IMG/VR virus record: IMGVR_UViG_2588253903_000005
Location: 11,653-75,652 of that record
Origin: a virus
Taxonomy: Duplodnaviria; Caudoviricetes
Strand: one strand, 5' to 3'
Length of the DNA stretch: 64,000 nt
Made by a program: the position numbers and the translations under genes. The notes under the pieces were generated by a model. It was not told the DNA's origin. It did no database searches and saw only the letters and a list, made by a program, of their open reading frames with translations. Positions within the stretch are counted from its first letter, which is position 1. Each line of letters begins with the position of its first letter. Of this stretch, positions 1-9,028 are shown one piece after another.

Positions 1-37
1 AAGGCAAAACGCCTTAAATCGCAAAATACGAGGTCAG

Positions 38-60
38 AGAGTGTTTCGGCACTCTTTTTT
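38..60 (+). terminator. Intrinsic terminator
   Basis: AGAGTGT-TTCG-GCACTCT hairpin followed by a T run. Confidence 0.7.
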
Positions 61-79
61 ATTTTTTTGAAATTAGGGG

Positions 80-119
80 TTGACATTAGCTAGCTAACAT
101 GATATATTTTAGCTAGCAA
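80..119 (+). promoter_or_regulatory. Sigma70-type promoter with a palindromic operator and a second partial copy
   Basis: TTGACA (80-85), 17 bp, TATATT (103-108); palindrome TTAGCTAGCTAA (86-97) and partial copy TTAGCTAGCAA (109-119). Confidence 0.75.
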
Positions 120-137
120 CACAAAGGAGGTGTTGAG

Positions 138-314
138 TTGGTTGCGAAAAGAAACACTTCCGATTACTTCAAAGAACGCCGAAAAACAATAGGTCAATTC
201 AGTGTATCTGTAAAAAGAGAAAAGTTAGAATTACTGGATAAAGCACTGAAAAAGCAAGGGAAAACTAAGACCGCATGGCTTAACGAAAAGATTGATGAAG
301 AAATCGGAAAGTAA
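138..314 (+). CDS. Small ribbon-helix-helix-like DNA-binding protein (58 aa, not in ORF track)
   Basis: GGAGG RBS, TTG start; MVAKRNTSDYFKERRKTIGQFSVSVKREKLELLDKALKKQGKTKTAWLNEKIDEEIGK has an RHH-like strand-helix-helix pattern. Confidence 0.7.
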   Translation: MVAKRNTSDYFKERRKTIGQFSVSVKREKLELLDKALKKQGKTKTAWLNEKIDEEIGK

Positions 315-418
315 TAAAAGCGGTAGCTGTGCCGACTGGTCATCTAATCAGTTACCGCAATATCAAAACAAAATACATAAATATTACGCACTGTGTATAT
401 TTTTTTGGAAATTAGGAG

Positions 419-1075
419 GTGATTTCACTGGAAAACAAACTTTCAGTAAAGACGGTTGACTTCATGGGCGACGGATTGTTAGCGGCGCAGGACAGCAAGG
501 GCGTTATATGGACTGGCATAAATTCATTCTGTCAAGGAATTGGATTGAATAAGAATGAACGAGATAGACAAGTAAAGAATGTACAGTCTGATGAAGTGCT
601 GAAAATGGGGTGCGTCAAATTTGACGCAGGGGTATTTGACCCCAACAATGAAACTCTTGCACTGCAACTTGACTATGTTCCTCTTTGGCTTGCTAAAATC
701 TCCATCACGCCAAACATGAAAGAGAACAATCCAGAATTAGTTGACAAACTAGTGAAATATCAGTTAAAAGCCAAAGACGTATTGGCACAGGCTTTCTTAC
801 CACAAACAAAACCAATCAGAAGAAATTCCAAGCGGATAGGCAAAAAGAAAACAAAAATCACGCTTTACCGAGGGGAAAACTCGTATATTTTAATGATTGG
901 AGATGATGTGTACGATTTGGAAGAAGATGAATATACAGAAATTGATTCACTTATTCCAGAACTCGTGTTTATGAATGTGTCGCAAATAGCAAGTGTGGTA
1001 AAGGCACATCTTTCCATACACGAAAATAAAATCCAAAAATTAGAACGAGAGCAGACCATTGAATGTGATGAATAA
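419..1075 (+). CDS. Phage antirepressor N-terminal domain protein
   Basis: VDFMGDGLLAAQD...FCQGIGL...LDYVPLWLAKISIT...LVKYQLKAKDVLAQAF resembles the P22 Ant N-terminal family; paralog at 54574. Confidence 0.75.
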   Translation: MISLENKLSVKTVDFMGDGLLAAQDSKGVIWTGINSFCQGIGLNKNERDRQVKNVQSDEVLKMGCVKFDAGVFDPNNETLALQLDYVPLWLAKISITPNMKENNPELVDKLVKYQLKAKDVLAQAFLPQTKPIRRNSKRIGKKKTKITLYRGENSYILMIGDDVYDLEEDEYTEIDSLIPELVFMNVSQIASVVKAHLSIHENKIQKLEREQTIECDE

Positions 1076-1211
1076 CAAAAATAGAGCAATCGCTAGATTT
1101 GACGGTCAGACGATTGCCCTAACAATTAACCTAAGCCAACTTAGGTACACAAATATTATAGCACTGTGTACCTTTGTTTGGCAACCAAAAATCAAATGGA
1201 GGTATATTTTT

Positions 1212-1439
1212 ATGACATTTTTCAGAAAGAAAAAGGAACTCAAAGACAAGTTACAGAGTATTGACAAGGAATTTAAGAGCAGGACAGCCGAGGTATCAGA
1301 CGATATTTGGGATTTAGGGGATTTCCTCATGCTTCTCAATATTGCGGAATATTCCAAACCGTTAGGAAAATCAAAGGCTATTGTTTACGCCCTTAAAATC
1401 GGGTATCTGGCAGGAAGGGGCGGTGTCAATCATGAGTAA
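1212..1439 (+). CDS. Hypothetical protein
   Basis: GGAGG RBS before ATG 1212; overlaps the next ORF. Confidence 0.6.
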   Translation: MTFFRKKKELKDKLQSIDKEFKSRTAEVSDDIWDLGDFLMLLNIAEYSKPLGKSKAIVYALKIGYLAGRGGVNHE

Positions 1440-1680
1440 TGATGGGAAAAGGGTAATGGAAAGCATTGTTAAGAGAATGTCTGATATCGAGAATGAAAAT
1501 GTCATTAAAAGCATTGGTCTAATCATTGGGGATTGTGCGGTTGATGATAATGGAAACGAAAGGGCAGACTGGATATTTCACATTATTTATCAGCTTGTAA
1601 CAAATGCAGGAATGAACGAACTGAAAGCAATCTACTCTTTTTCGAGAGGACTTTGCAAAGCCGAGGAGGTATCGGCATGA
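1432..1680 (+). CDS. Hypothetical protein
   Basis: ORF coupled to its neighbours. Confidence 0.6.
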   Translation: MSNDGKRVMESIVKRMSDIENENVIKSIGLIIGDCAVDDNGNERADWIFHIIYQLVTNAGMNELKAIYSFSRGLCKAEEVSA

Positions 1681-1835
1681 GCGAGGAAGCAAAACAAGCC
1701 AACGAGCAGTACCGCAAGGAAATCCGCAGGATGATTGACAAGACGGAGGACACCCATGCTTTATGCTGTACCTACACCACGATATTGACGCACTTAAAAA
1801 TTCTTGCAGAGAAAGGCGGTGTTTCTGATGAATGA
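1677..1835 (+). CDS. Hypothetical protein
   Basis: GGAGG RBS; ATGA overlap with the upstream stop. Confidence 0.55.
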   Translation: MSEEAKQANEQYRKEIRRMIDKTEDTHALCCTYTTILTHLKILAEKGGVSDE

Positions 1836-2658
1836 CGTTCAAACCGCAACCATGCAGACACCGATTGAAATTGCGTTAGGCATTGACGAAAACGGTATGG
1901 CAACAGCTAAGAAACTGTATGAGTTTCTTGAACTTAATCCTAAAAACTATTCTCATTGGTGCAAAAGAAACATAACAGAGAATGAATTTGCAGAAGAAAA
2001 TGTTGATTATTGGGCATTCGTCTTAAATGACGAATGGGGCGGACAGGCTACAACAGATTATAAATTAACTGCCCACTTTGCAAAGAAATTATCATGCAAA
2101 GGCAACGGAGAACGTGCGGAGCAGGCAAGGGAATATTTTTCCACTCTTGATGATAAAGTCAAAGAGATTGCCATAAACCGCAGTCAGCTTTCCCGAAGCA
2201 CACAAGCATTGTTCGGTATCATTGAAAGCATGGCAAAGCAGGAGCTAGAACAGAAACGCCAAGCGGAGCAATTAAACCGTATTGAGCAAAAGCAGGAGGT
2301 CATATCTGATACCTTTACCCACACTTCGGATAATGAAGATTTCAAAGCGTGGGTAAACCGCTGTATTGCCAAGATTGCCGAAAGTCCGAATTATGCGAAC
2401 GGTTCTGGCAGGTCGGAAAGGTATCAGAATGTCCGTACCGAGAGTTACGACAGATTAAGGAAGAAATGGAACTGTAACCTCAATGATAGGGTTGCAAGGG
2501 CTAAAGGTCGGGCATTGGAAAACAAACCCAACATTACCAAAAAGGAACTCGATTCCATCAACAAGTTATCTGTGATTTCAGAAGATAAGAGCCTTAAACC
2601 TGTCTATGAAACAGTCATCAAGGAAATGATGATTTGCTATTGCGTAAACATTTCTTGA
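1828..2658 (+). CDS. AntA/AntB-type antirepressor
   Basis: TAKKLYEFLE...YSHWCKRNI...FAENVDY...DYKLTAHFAKKLS...GERAEQAREYF pattern. Confidence 0.75.
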   Translation: MNDVQTATMQTPIEIALGIDENGMATAKKLYEFLELNPKNYSHWCKRNITENEFAEENVDYWAFVLNDEWGGQATTDYKLTAHFAKKLSCKGNGERAEQAREYFSTLDDKVKEIAINRSQLSRSTQALFGIIESMAKQELEQKRQAEQLNRIEQKQEVISDTFTHTSDNEDFKAWVNRCIAKIAESPNYANGSGRSERYQNVRTESYDRLRKKWNCNLNDRVARAKGRALENKPNITKKELDSINKLSVISEDKSLKPVYETVIKEMMICYCVNIS

Positions 2659-2684
2659 CGCATTTCTAACTCTCTACATCATTT

Positions 2685-2714
2685 AGGGCGGTAGTGGTCG
2701 GCTACTGCCCTTTA
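2685..2714. terminator. Terminator between convergent operons
   Basis: AGGGCGGTAG/CTACTGCCCT stem. Confidence 0.65.
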
Positions 2715-2785
2715 TTCTGTTTTCAAGGTACGGAATTTGCGTTAGTCGGATTTGCACCAACTACAAGGCGACTAACACGCAAGTT

Positions 2786-2996
2786 TTAGTGGTAGCCTGC
2801 GGTTGCAGGCTTAATCTTCTTCCATTCCCTTCCCTTCAATGCGGCTTCTGTAACTGTCCAATCGAACCTATCAGAAACCTTTTTTCAGCAATGCTTCTTT
2901 GTAGGTTTCCAAAGAATCTGTCATATGGATGTCGCAAAGTTCGATTGTTTCGTTAAGTTCCACAAAAATTTTTCCTTCTGACTTGTATAATTTCAA
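2786..2996 (-). pseudogene. Small ORF apparently frameshifted in a homopolymer
   Basis: TTG start with GGAGG RBS; frame closes after KKGF, but a shifted frame continues VSDRFDWTVTEAALKGREWKKIKPATAGYH*; T6 run at 2880-2885; span is 3n+1. Confidence 0.45.
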
Positions 2997-3068
2997 AATA
3001 TCGCCTCCATTTCAAAAATTATAATTCCGTTTCTGGCGCGCGTCAAGGCGGAAAGGGCGTGTTGACTT

Positions 3069-3347
3069 TTAAATCAGCCCATACTGCTCACAGATATATT
3101 CGAGCCATGATGTGTATTCCCTTATCCATTTTTGGGTGGTATTTTTTACCATTTTCCCCTTGCTGTTCATCTTTTTAAGTGACACTTCGGAAAATTTAGT
3201 CCTCTTTTCGTCTAATTTTTCTATCCTTGCAGATACTCTTACATGGTCGTTTACCGCCGTATAAATTCCGTTGTTTTTATCTAAATGCAAAATCAACCTC
3301 TTTCCGTCATAAACATTTACATTGTTTCCGTTTCTTTTTATTTCCAT
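3069..3347 (-). CDS. Hypothetical protein (leftward early operon)
   Basis: 92-aa ORF with purine-rich RBS. Confidence 0.65.
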   Translation of the reverse strand: MEIKRNGNNVNVYDGKRLILHLDKNNGIYTAVNDHVRVSARIEKLDEKRTKFSEVSLKKMNSKGKMVKNTTQKWIREYTSWLEYICEQYGLI

Positions 3348-3447
3348 ATCCTTTTCTTTCTCCCCTTATCCCTGGGGGCTGGGAATTTTGAGAACTCCCG
3401 CCGGGACTTGCACCCGGCTGACCGCTTGACGGTGGTAGTTATGCGGG

Positions 3448-3666
3448 TTAAATGTTAAACATAACGATTTTTCCGTTATCATCGTAGATGTTTCCGCAAG
3501 TTCCCATGATAAAATATTTTCTGCCGTTTTCGATTCCCCTAACAGCGAAATGATACCCTTTTTCTTTTGCTTCTTTTTCGGACAATTCAGAAAAGGTTGT
3601 GTTCTCTCCCAATCCGTCATTGATAAAAAATCTTGTGATTTCCTCTGCATTGTTAAATTTAGCCAT
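3448..3666 (-). CDS. Hypothetical protein (leftward early operon)
   Basis: AGGAGG RBS before MAKFNNAEE. Confidence 0.65.
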   Translation of the reverse strand: MAKFNNAEEITRFFINDGLGENTTFSELSEKEAKEKGYHFAVRGIENGRKYFIMGTCGNIYDDNGKIVMFNI

Positions 3667-3751
3667 TTTTATATCCTCCTTAAATTTTATTGATAAATGG
3701 CAGTCAAGGGGCTTGCACCATTGCGCCGCTGGTCTGCCTACCACGCAAATT

Positions 3752-3931
3752 TTAACTGCGGGAAAATATTTCGAGAGCAACGGGATCAGCGAAAACATAA
3801 TCCCCGATCATGCGCCCGTCCTTCCAAATGTTACCCCGGTACTCCCCATCGTTGGGATAAAAAGAAATGTCGATTTTGTCGGCATCCTCTTTTTTATCCC
3901 CATACCACATATCAATCATAATCTTTGCCAT
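3752..3931 (-). CDS. Hypothetical protein (leftward early operon)
   Basis: RBS before MAKIMIDMWY. Confidence 0.6.
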   Translation of the reverse strand: MAKIMIDMWYGDKKEDADKIDISFYPNDGEYRGNIWKDGRMIGDYVFADPVALEIFSRS

Positions 3932-4019
3932 CCTCTTTTCCTCCTTGTACTTTCTGTCCTCTGCATCTTCCAGGCTTGGAACCGGCTGTGGCTGCATTAC
4001 ATGGGCGGAACGTGTCCGC

Positions 4020-4307
4020 CTATGCCAAAATCGCCTTTACTGAAGTGTAAACATAATACCTGTTATGGCTGTGTGTGAGCCAATTTCCATTATTTACGAT
4101 TGTATTATAGCTGTTTGGGTATTTCAGCTTAAAAACTGTTAAATAATCGTTCATTTCCTCGTCCGTTGCCTCAAGGCACTTTATAGCGCCCTCGATAATA
4201 GCCTTGTTGTCGTTCCAACCGATTTTCCCGCTAAATGTTTCGATTTTGCACATTTTCTTTTCTGCAAGCAGTTCCTCTAATTTCTTCATCAAATCTTTCT
4301 TTGTCAT
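4020..4307 (-). CDS. Hypothetical protein (leftward early operon)
   Basis: AAGGTGG RBS before MTKKDLMKK. Confidence 0.6.
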   Translation of the reverse strand: MTKKDLMKKLEELLAEKKMCKIETFSGKIGWNDNKAIIEGAIKCLEATDEEMNDYLTVFKLKYPNSYNTIVNNGNWLTHSHNRYYVYTSVKAILA

Positions 4308-4385
4308 ACTTTCCACCTTTTGAACTTTCTTTTTTGTTTCCCTTTCGGGCAGAGCCTGCGGCGGAATCGAACCGCCGTACACCGT

Positions 4386-4568
4386 TCAGGCTGCTCTTGT
4401 TAAATCGCAATGTTCAAACGCCTTGCGACCGAACGTGTGGATTTTATCAGAAATTTTGTTGCTCCCAAGTAAAACTCTGTATGTCACAATATTTTCGTTT
4501 GCTGATAAAATTTCAAAACAAACATTGTTTACATTGCCCTTAAAAATCATTCCTTTTTCAATTGTCAT
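4386..4568 (-). CDS. Hypothetical protein (leftward early operon)
   Basis: GGAGG RBS before MTIEKGMIF. Confidence 0.6.
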   Translation of the reverse strand: MTIEKGMIFKGNVNNVCFEILSANENIVTYRVLLGSNKISDKIHTFGRKAFEHCDLTRAA

Positions 4569-4659
4569 AATATTTTCCTCCATTTTTATTTGTTCCAACC
4601 CCGGCATTTCTGCCGGACGCTCCCAACTTAATGGACTTTTTAGAGCCGTTGGGACGGCT

Positions 4660-4863
4660 TTATATCGCGTCTTGCGCATAAACACCTTCCCAAAGCATTC
4701 TAAGATATTCACTTCCATTCCTCTCTTCTATCTTTTTCCGTTCCTGCTTCCCCCAATACTCAACAGTCGCAAATTTTTCTGTCCTTTTTACGATTTTTAC
4801 GGTATCTCTGACCTCCCCGCTCAGTTTTGCCTGGTACTCTTTTCCTGCTTCGAATTTTATCAT
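4660..4863 (-). CDS. Hypothetical protein, first gene of the leftward operon
   Basis: GGAGG RBS before MIKFEAGKEY, just downstream of a consensus promoter. Confidence 0.6.
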   Translation of the reverse strand: MIKFEAGKEYQAKLSGEVRDTVKIVKRTEKFATVEYWGKQERKKIEERNGSEYLRMLWEGVYAQDAI

Positions 4864-4911
4864 ATCCGCGCCCTCCTGTTTGGTTTGTTGTTTGCTTGTT
4901 TCTATGCTCTT

Positions 4912-4940
4912 ATTATATATCATGTTATATATAATGTCAA
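4912..4940 (-). promoter_or_regulatory. Consensus sigma70 promoter driving the leftward operon
   Basis: Minus strand TTGACA, 17 bp, TATAAT. Confidence 0.8.
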
Positions 4941-5022
4941 TAGGGAGTTTGAAAATATTTATATAATTTTTTATATGATGATTTATATATACATTTATAT
5001 ATGAAAACGCCCAAACGAAAAC

Positions 5023-5051
5023 TTGACAAGATATATAAAATGTTATATATT
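5023..5051 (+). promoter_or_regulatory. Divergent promoter for the putative repressor
   Basis: TTGACA, 17 bp, TATATT. Confidence 0.7.
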
Positions 5052-5084
5052 AAAAGAAATAAATCAGAAATGGAGGTTCTAAAA

Positions 5085-5297
5085 ATGGGAAAGACGCCAG
5101 AATACACAAAGAAGGCTGTGAATAACTATCGTGATAAGTTTGATTTTATACAAGTCAGATTTCCAAAAGGAACAAGGGAAAGATTAGCAGACAAAGGAAA
5201 TATAAATGATTATATATGCGGTCTTGTGCTGGATGATTTAGGGGAAGAAGCAGCCGAAAAAGAACAGAAAAAAACTAGCGCAGAATGTCCGTTTTAA
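5085..5297 (+). CDS. Small RHH/Arc-like regulator, candidate repressor of the divergent switch
   Basis: GGAGG RBS; YTKKAVNNYRDKFDFIQVRFPKGTRERL...NINDYICGLV. Confidence 0.6.
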   Translation: MGKTPEYTKKAVNNYRDKFDFIQVRFPKGTRERLADKGNINDYICGLVLDDLGEEAAEKEQKKTSAECPF

Positions 5298-5648
5298 TTG
5301 CAAAAAGTTCTAATTCCCTATTGACAATTTATATAACATGATTTGAAGCTGTTAGACACCATAGCAAGAGCAAAGGGAGTTGAATAAACCAACTCCCCAC
5401 ACAACAGAACGGGCGGCGTAAAAACCGCCCCAACTGTAAAGCAGATTATAGCACATAAGCCGCATGGATTTCAAGGGCGGTTTTTTGATGCAATAATATA
5501 TCAACAAGAATTAAATACATATTGAATTACAGTAATGCAATATGATTGATATAGGTATATAAATACATTAACTAAATAAGTATTGCAATCTGCAACGCAA
5601 TATTATATAATTTCAGTACATCAATATGCAATAAGGAGGCGTTATATT

Positions 5649-6161
5649 ATGGCAAAAACAGACCAAGAATTATTGGAATCATATAAAGCGAGGATAAAAC
5701 GGCAAAACAACAGGATAAAAAAGAATTACGACAAGGTAACAGCGGCACTTCCAAAGGGCACCGTAGACCGAATCAGGGCATTAGGATTGACGGTAAACGG
5801 CGCAATTAACGAAAGCCTTATAGCGTTTTTGGAATGTCTGGAAGAACAAGACAAAACAGAATCTTCCCAGACCATCCACAACGTCCATGCAAGTTCAAAA
5901 ACAGAAAAGCCGGAGAAACACACGCCGACACCGACAAAAGCCGAAATTGGGGCAAATACAACGCCATACCAGGGCGGAAAGGCAGAAGAATCGGGTTCCA
6001 ACGAGAATAATCCTGTAAAAGCCGGATTTGACGGGCTGAAAGCCTGTGAATGGAACACGGAAGATCATAGCGGAGTTGTGCCGCATCCGCCAATGGGAAC
6101 CCCAAATAATGCGATATGGGATTCCAGTATGGGCGAATGGTATGAGCCGCTGCCCTTTTAA
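5649..6161 (+). CDS. RHH-like N-terminus with low-complexity tail
   Basis: AGGAGG RBS; NYDKVTAALPKGTVDRIRALGLTVNGAINESL resembles the 5085 protein; TTGCAA-17-TATAAT promoter upstream. Confidence 0.55.
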   Translation: MAKTDQELLESYKARIKRQNNRIKKNYDKVTAALPKGTVDRIRALGLTVNGAINESLIAFLECLEEQDKTESSQTIHNVHASSKTEKPEKHTPTPTKAEIGANTTPYQGGKAEESGSNENNPVKAGFDGLKACEWNTEDHSGVVPHPPMGTPNNAIWDSSMGEWYEPLPF

Positions 6162-6239
6162 GGGATCCTGGAACCATAGTTAGCCGCCAGAAATGGCGGT
6201 TTTCTTATTCCTAAATTTATTCTTGACAAATTCCAGAAG

Positions 6240-6560
6240 TTGTGTTATTTTATATAATCTTTATATCAACTAGATAAATATTATTTAATCTATATTAAGA
6301 TATATACTGTATATATTATTATTAATCTCTATAAAGTAAAACATAACATAGTGTACATTATAAACCATAGAGTATATTATACCAGTAATATATAACGTAT
6401 ATATAGCCATAGTGTATAGTATTAGCCAATACAGTATATATAGCCATATATCACAGAGTATATTAATCCAATACAGTAAATCTTTAACCAATACAGTATA
6501 ACATACACATATGCTGTAGTATATTAAATTATTATAATGCGCGCGGATATATATTATATA
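6240..6560. repeat. Very AT-rich non-coding tract with short direct repeats
   Basis: CCAATACAGTA three times, AGAGTATATTA twice, many TATA runs. Confidence 0.6.
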
Positions 6561-6663
6561 CAGCTTATAGAATATATGTTCTGTAAATCCATAGTTGACA
6601 GATAAATAAATTTATGCTATGGTTTTAATAATTTAACAGTTTTACACAACATTAACTTTTTTA

Positions 6664-6725
6664 GATGGAATTGTAGAGGGAAACTTGAAACCCGGAGGTC
6701 ATGACGCTACCATGGCTTTCGGGTT
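6664..6725 (+). promoter_or_regulatory. Structured leader element, copy 1 (copy 2 at 46191-46256)
   Basis: 24-nt identity GATGGAATTGTAGAGGGAAACTTG plus a hairpin; downstream of TTGACA-17-TATGGT (6595-6623). Confidence 0.65.
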
Positions 6726-6759
6726 ATTTTTATTTTTAGGCAGATTGGAGGTGTAGGGC

Positions 6760-7356
6760 GTGGAGCGGACGGACGAATACATACAGACTATCGCGAGTGT
6801 GGAGGATATGCCAGCAGTAGCTAAAGACATAGTATCTATGTACTGCAAAGAGAATGGTATTGACGAGAAAGATATATTCCCGTCTGTCTGGAATGATATT
6901 ATAGATGAGCTGTATATTAAATTATTTAAACCCTGTAATAGATTATTAAAGACTGATAGTAATAAATATAACGAGTATGATAAAGAAAAGGTATTATATA
7001 TATATAATAATATATACAGGAGATTGTGTAATAATCATTGCCAGGAGGTTTGTCAGAAGGGATTTATAGACATGATTGGGATAGATAAGCAGACGCTGTA
7101 TAATTGGGCAAGCTCTGCAAGTTTCGACTTGCAAGAAAAAATCATGGAGGATAACGAGCAGTCTCTATTCGCCTTGATGAAAGACAGGCGAATGAACCCC
7201 ATGAAGATGCTGCCCAAACTCAACCGCTATCATGGCTGGAACATGCCTGGAGCAAGAGGGGAGACGGACAAGAAAAAGGTTCTGACCGCTACGGAACTGC
7301 CAAAACTGGGCGGCGGTGAGGCTAAAGGGATAGATGTTGTGGTGGACGGGGAGTGA
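6760..7356 (+). CDS. Putative terminase small subunit
   Basis: Size, HTH-like CQKGFIDMIGIDKQTLYNW segment and KLNRYHGW motif resemble small terminases; no other TerS candidate next to TerL. Confidence 0.5.
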   Translation: MERTDEYIQTIASVEDMPAVAKDIVSMYCKENGIDEKDIFPSVWNDIIDELYIKLFKPCNRLLKTDSNKYNEYDKEKVLYIYNNIYRRLCNNHCQEVCQKGFIDMIGIDKQTLYNWASSASFDLQEKIMEDNEQSLFALMKDRRMNPMKMLPKLNRYHGWNMPGARGETDKKKVLTATELPKLGGGEAKGIDVVVDGE

Positions 7357-7778
7357 TACACAATATGTGGTGATTATGCGCTAATGAGGATATGATTAAA
7401 TTTAAAATCATACGCATAAAGCTTTAAAGTAAAAATGCACAAAGGATTTTTAGGGGTAGATGCCTGATAAAAGGCGGCGTGGGGGTTTGTATGGAACGCC
7501 GCCGACCGCCTACTAAGCACTGTAAACTCCCGAAAAATCAAAAAGACCGCCCACTAAGGGCAGCCCTAAAAATTATTTTTTAAATAAAAAAAAGGGGTTA
7601 CAAATATTATTATAAACCCATGCCGAACATTGATAATTACATACCTGTGTACTTGGATACAAGACGCAGGGAGGCGGCGACCCTAGGCATACTCTGGAAT
7701 CGTAGCGGTTCGCCAGGTTGCAAATTGGTATGAGTTCTCGTAAGACCAATCCCGTTTTTGGGGCAGGGAAAGGGGCGT

Positions 7779-8021
7779 CTACTCTGCGCCGCCCCTTTTA
7801 ACAGCATCCCCCATCGTGAAAGTAAGTTTTGTATCTGTCTTGTACTCAATCGTGAGATTGCATCCCATGAAGTCCAGAACAGAGATTAAGTCTTGAACAG
7901 ACCAGCTATCCCTTTTGAACTTGGTATTGAGATTTTGTGGTCTCATTCCTAAATATTCAGCAAGCTCAACAGCTTTTATATTTTTTTCTTTCATGATTTG
8001 CTTTATTTTATCACTAATCAT
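7779..8021 (-). CDS. XRE/Cro-CI-type HTH regulator
   Basis: KIKQIMKEKNIKAVELAEYLGMRPQNLNTKFKRDSWSVQDL; AGGAGG RBS. Confidence 0.8.
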   Translation of the reverse strand: MISDKIKQIMKEKNIKAVELAEYLGMRPQNLNTKFKRDSWSVQDLISVLDFMGCNLTIEYKTDTKLTFTMGDAVKRGGAE

Positions 8022-8042
8022 GCGAATACCTCCTTTTTGGGT

Positions 8043-8121
8043 ATTATAATTCAAAATTCATTAAAAAGTCAATAAAAATAATTCAAAACGGTTGACTTAT
8101 AATTGAAAATGAGTTATAATA
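8043..8121. promoter_or_regulatory. Back-to-back promoters with repeated ATAATT(C/G)AAAA operator-like motif
   Basis: TTGACT...TATAAT on both strands between the XRE gene and the antirepressor. Confidence 0.6.
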
Positions 8122-8153
8122 AAACAAAAAATAATTCATGTGGAGGTAAAATC

Positions 8154-9002
8154 ATGAACGAAGTAAAAATGTTTGAAAACGAAGAAATCGGAATATTTGT
8201 AAGGACAGTACTGAATGATGACGGCAGTATTTCTGTCAACGCAGAAGATACAGCCATTGGCCTTGGATGGGTTGACACATCACAAAGAGCCGCAGATGGC
8301 TCTCCGCTGGTTAAGGTCAGATGGGCGAGAATGAATGGATATTGTGAAGAATTTGGATTCACCAACAAACTGGGGAAAGATGATTACATCCCAGAAAGCC
8401 TGTTTTACATGCTTGCTATGAAAGCCAGTAATGCAAAGGCGGTTAGGTTTCAACAGTGGATTGCAATGAAAGTTGTACCATCTATTCGCAAGAACGGTTC
8501 GTACTCCTTGCAACAGAGGATTCCAGATTCATACACAATCGAAAATCCGGTTGAACGTGCTAAACGTTGGATTGAAGAGCAGGAGGAACACAATGAGCAG
8601 ATTGCCGAGAAGGACAAGGTGATTGCTGAAAAAGACGAGAAGATAGCGGAGTTAGAACCGGACGCTGATTGTTTTAGAAAATTGTGCGACACACGTTCTC
8701 TGATATGCTTCCGTGATGCAGCTAACCTTCTGGGGATGAGCCAGACGCAGTTCACGGGTTATCTGGTGAGAGAGAAATATATTTACAAGAAGGGAAAAGA
8801 GGATTACAGACCGACCGAGCCGTATCGGAAAAGTGATTTGTTCAGAACAAAATCTTATGTCAATCGCAACAGTGGATATTCTGGAATACAGACATGCCTG
8901 ACGCCAAAAGGGTTACAGTATTTCAAACTGGCATTTGAAGCGCAAGGCATCTTCCCAGACGCACTTCCAAAACACGGCGGCAGGAACACAAAGAAAAAGT
9001 AA
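8154..9002 (+). CDS. Phage antirepressor (Bro-N-like N-terminus, KilA-C/ANT-like C-terminus)
   Basis: MFENEEIG..VRTV...YIPESLFYML...FQQWIAMKVVPSIRKNGSY; C-terminal LICFRDAANLLG...TPKG. Confidence 0.8.
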   Translation: MNEVKMFENEEIGIFVRTVLNDDGSISVNAEDTAIGLGWVDTSQRAADGSPLVKVRWARMNGYCEEFGFTNKLGKDDYIPESLFYMLAMKASNAKAVRFQQWIAMKVVPSIRKNGSYSLQQRIPDSYTIENPVERAKRWIEEQEEHNEQIAEKDKVIAEKDEKIAELEPDADCFRKLCDTRSLICFRDAANLLGMSQTQFTGYLVREKYIYKKGKEDYRPTEPYRKSDLFRTKSYVNRNSGYSGIQTCLTPKGLQYFKLAFEAQGIFPDALPKHGGRNTKKK

Positions 9003-9028
9003 GATGCAAAAGACGGAGGAATTTGAAC

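Noticed and set aside
3960-4025. Fifth minihelix (GG-TTCCAAG-CC) in the leftward operon
   Set aside because: The loop is not T-loop-like and the stem is only weakly supported.
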